From: Mobula hypostoma | Taxonomy: Eukaryota | Length of the DNA: 64,000 bases | Reading direction: 5' to 3' | Assembly: GCF_963921235.1 (NCBI RefSeq) | Contig: NC_086097.1 | Coordinates: 132,868,001-132,932,000 of the forward strand | Shown: positions 60,688 to 64,000 of the stretch, piece after piece | Position numbering within the stretch: the stretch's first letter is position 1 | Layout: every line of letters starts with the position of its first letter | The notes under the pieces: generated by a model | Database searches by the model: none | Told to the model about the DNA's origin: nothing | The model's input: the letters and a program-made list of their open reading frames with translations, nothing else | Program-made: the position numbers and the translations under genes

Positions 60688-62415
60688 TCAGGAAGGTCTC
60701 AAAGCTCTCTGCTTCTTTTTGGATTCCAGACCTAACCAGTTCTCCCCTACCACCACTCTCATCCATCTAGCAGAATCAGTCCTTACCCTTAATAATTTCT
60801 CCTTTGGCTCCTCCCACTTCCTCCAAACTAAAGGTGTAGCCATGGGCACCAGTATGGGTCCCAGCTATGCCTGCCTTTTTGTTGGCTTTGTGGAACAATC
60901 CGTGTTCCAAGCCTATACTGGTATCTGTCCCCCACTTTTCCTTCGCTACATCGATGACTACATTGGCACTGCTTCCTGCACGCATGCTGAGCTCGTTGAC
61001 TTCATTAAATTTGCCTCCAACTTTCACCCTGCCCCCCAAATTTACCTGGTCCATTTCCGACACCTCCCTCCCCTTTCTTGATCTTTCTGTCTCTATCTCT
61101 GGAGACAGCTTATCTACTGATGTCTACTATAAGCCTACGGACTCTCACAGCTACCTGGACTATTGCTCTTCCCACCCTATCTCTTGCAAAAATGCTATCC
61201 CCTTCTCGCAATTCGTCCATCTCGGCCGCATCTGCTCTCAGGATGAGGCTTTTCATTCCAGGACAAAGGAGATGTCTTCCTTTTTTAAAGAAAGGGGCTT
61301 CCCTTCCTCCACCATCAACTCTGCTCTCAAATGCATCTCTCCCATTTCACGCACATCTGCTCTCACTCCATCCTCCCGCCACCTCACTGGGGATAAGGTT
61401 CCCCTTGTCCTCACCTACCACCCCACCAGCCTCCGGGTTCAACATATAATTCTCTGTAACTTCCGCCACCTCCAACGGGATCTCACCACCAAGCACATCT
61501 TTCCCTCACCCCCCTCTTTCTGCTTTCCACAGGGATCGCTCCCTACGTGACTCCCTTGTCCATTTGTTCCCCCCCCCATCCCTTCCCACTGATCTCCCTC
61601 CCAGCACTTATCTTTATAAGTGGAACAAGTGCTACACATGCCCTTACACTTCCTCCCTCACCACCATTCAGGGCCCCAGACAGTCCTTCCAGGTGAGGCG
61701 ACACTTCACCTGTGAGTCGACTGGGGTGATATACTGCGTCCGGTGCTCCCGATGTGGCCTTCTATATATTGGCGAGACACGACGCAGAATGGGAGACTCT
61801 TTCACTGAACGCCTACGCTCTGTCCGCCAGAGAAAGCAGGATCTCCCAGTGGCCACACATTTTAATTCCACGTCCCATTCCCATTCTGATATGTCCATCC
61901 GTGGCCTCCTCTACTGTAAAGATGAAGCCACATTCAGGTTGGAGGAAAAACACCTTATATTCCATTTGGGTAGCCTCCAACCTGATGGCATGAACATTGA
62001 CTTCTCTAACTTCTGTTAATGCCCCTCCTCCTCTTCTTACCCCATCCCTTGTTTATTTATTTATTTATTCCCCTTTCTTTCTCTCTCTTTTTTCTCCCTC
62101 TGTCCCTCTCACTATATATTCCTTTGGTTCTCCTCTCCCCCTTTCTTTCTCCCTAGGCCTCCCTTCCCATTATCCTCTCCCTTCTCCAGCCTTGTATCCC
62201 TTTTGCCAATCAACTTTCCAGCTCTTAGCTCCATCCCTCCCCCTCCTGTCTCCTCCTATCATTTCAGATCCCCCCTCCCTCTCCCACTTTCAAATCTCTT
62301 ATTATCTCTTCTTTCAGTTAGTCCTAACAAAGGGTCTCGGCCCGAAATGTCGACTGTACCTCTTCCTATAGATGCTGCCTGGCCTGCTGCGTTCCATCAG
62401 CATTTTGTGTGTGCA
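60688..62415 (+). mobile_element. 5'-truncated PLE (RT C-terminal half + GIY-YIG + 3' UTR)
   Basis: GVAMGTSMGPSYA, RYIDD, GVIYCVRCSRCGLLYIGET; frameshifted; hammerhead core mutated to CTAACAA at 62324-62330. Confidence 0.95.
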
Positions 62416-63625
62416 GCTTATCCCTGTAATTTTTTCTATCTTTTTCCCACTGTTCTGTAAAATCATCTCCTTTAAGTATTATCCATTTCTTTGTTGAATG
62501 TTTCCTGGCACGCTCTCCTTTCAGCCACTGTATATGATTATAAGAACCTGTCATGAAAAAAAATGCTATCTCTTTTTCCGAACTCTGATGTCCTACACCA
62601 CTATGTTCAGGAGCAGCTAAGTTCATACAGCCATTGGGTTCTTGAAATGGTCTGTACAACCCCAACCCTACCTCTGCAATGGAACACCACGGATCACTTC
62701 TTGCACCACTATGGACTTGTCTCTGAGTGTGTTATTGTAGCACTAGTATCTTGTTTTGCACTCTCTTTTTCTCTTCACTGTCTTGCATATGTTACGTTCT
62801 GTGTGTTGTTGTCTGGATGTACGTGTCTGAGATGCTGCTACAAGAATGTTTTCATTGTACCTGTACCTCAATAATCTCAATTTGACTTCGTCGTTACAGA
62901 AGAGCATCTGATAGCAGGGTTAGGTTGTGCCTGGTGAAGATTAAATATGTCCATGGCAATCAAACTGACTACTGCCATATTTGATAATGGCTTCATGTTC
63001 AATTCCACCTAGGATCTTGGGAGGTTCTGTCAATATGGCTATGGTGGCATAGTGGCAAAGTCATGGATGTTTAAACTAAAAGGCCGACTAATTAAAACAA
63101 AACAGATTTAGAAATCCTCAAATCTGTTTCCATGGTCATTCCAATACATGTGTCTTTCTGAGCTCATTATCCCTCATTTCCCTTCATCCACCCATCTCAG
63201 CCTTACATCTGCTGAATAGCAGAAGGCAGATAATCTCAAAGATTCTCCAACAAATATATAATGAAGTTCTTAGACCTGAAATGTTAACTATCTGTTTCTC
63301 TCTCTATAGATTCTGCCTACTTGCTGAATGTTTCCAACATTTCCTATTTTTATTTCTGCAGATTTTTTTTTGATTCCCAAAAATTAATTTTTGTCCTTAG
63401 TGGCAATAATCTCATCCCTGTGATGCAGAAATTGGATTTGAATCATGAACCAGCAGATGCAGAATTTCACGTTAGTGAACCTGAAAATTAACATCAGTAA
63501 TGAGACAGTGAGGTTGTAAGAACTACCAAATTGTCAGAAAATTCTGGATCTCTGGAGCCTTCTTGGAAAGGAAGTCAGCCGTCTTTACTGTCCACCCGTT
63601 TTAGGGTTTCTTAACCAGATGCGAC

Positions 63626-63886
63626 CTGGCTGGTGGCGTAGTGGCATCAGTGCCGGACTTTGGGATAAAAGATCCCGAGTTCAAATCCAGCCGGCTCCCC
63701 TGCACGCTTTCCATCCGTGCTGGGTTACGAGCTGGTGATCTCTTTGGAAACTCACCTGGCAGAAGACAATGGCAAAGCACTGCTGTAACTTGCCTCATAT
63801 GCGATTCCCCTCTACAACAGAGAGGCTTGGAGGGAAATCGTCCGCTAACCGGAGAAACTCCAGATGCGACGTACCTTTCCTTTCCT
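63626..63886 (+). mobile_element. tRNA-derived SINE with an RTE/Bov-A-like body
   Basis: A box TGGCGTAGTGG (63634-63644), B box GAGTTCAAATCC (63677-63688), gaagacaatggcaaagcact motif, (CTTTC)n tail, flanks CCAGATGCGAC / CTAGATGCAAC. Confidence 0.8.
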
Positions 63887-64000
63887 ATCTAGATGCAACA
63901 CAGTTTGGTTTGGCTGCTGCTCTACCCAAGACCACAAGAAATTGTTGAGGGTTGGGAATGCAGCCCAGTGTATCATACAAACTATCCTCCCCTCTGTTGA

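Noticed and set aside
62320..62355. Active hammerhead here or at 6144-6180
   Set aside because: Core mutated (CTAACAA; CTGACAA with AAAA), so these count only as decayed homologues.
63630..63700. Possible tRNA gene
   Set aside because: No convincing cloverleaf or T-run terminator; continues into a SINE body and tail.

Overview
Repeat-dense vertebrate genomic DNA, intronic or intergenic. The repeat spectrum suggests a cartilaginous fish, probably a ray (inference): CR1 LINEs with (CTATGTTT)n-type tails, HE1/V-SINE- and Deu-SINE-like elements, and abundant Neptune-type Penelope-like elements. I found no intact host protein-coding gene, rRNA, true tRNA or CRISPR array. The recognisable ORFs in the track are retroelement debris and most of the rest look like chance. 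The window holds many CR1 copies (one nearly full length), four long Penelope-like elements (PLEs; RT + GIY-YIG), Rex1/Babar and L1/Tx1 fragments, a decayed Mag-type Gypsy element, two solo LTRs, a mariner remnant, RTE-related elements and SINEs. Many are nested, with readable target-site duplications (TSDs). The most interesting signal is at RNA level. The PLE 3' ends carry a minimal hammerhead-ribozyme motif followed by a conserved stem-loop module. This module also occurs alone as tiny TSD-flanked insertions, including a 218-bp fold-back element with two back-to-back hammerheads (44993-45210) and several older fold-back relatives. Two weak candidate minus-strand exons may belong to a host gene I cannot identify. 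Boundaries not anchored by a TSD are approximate (tens of bp).
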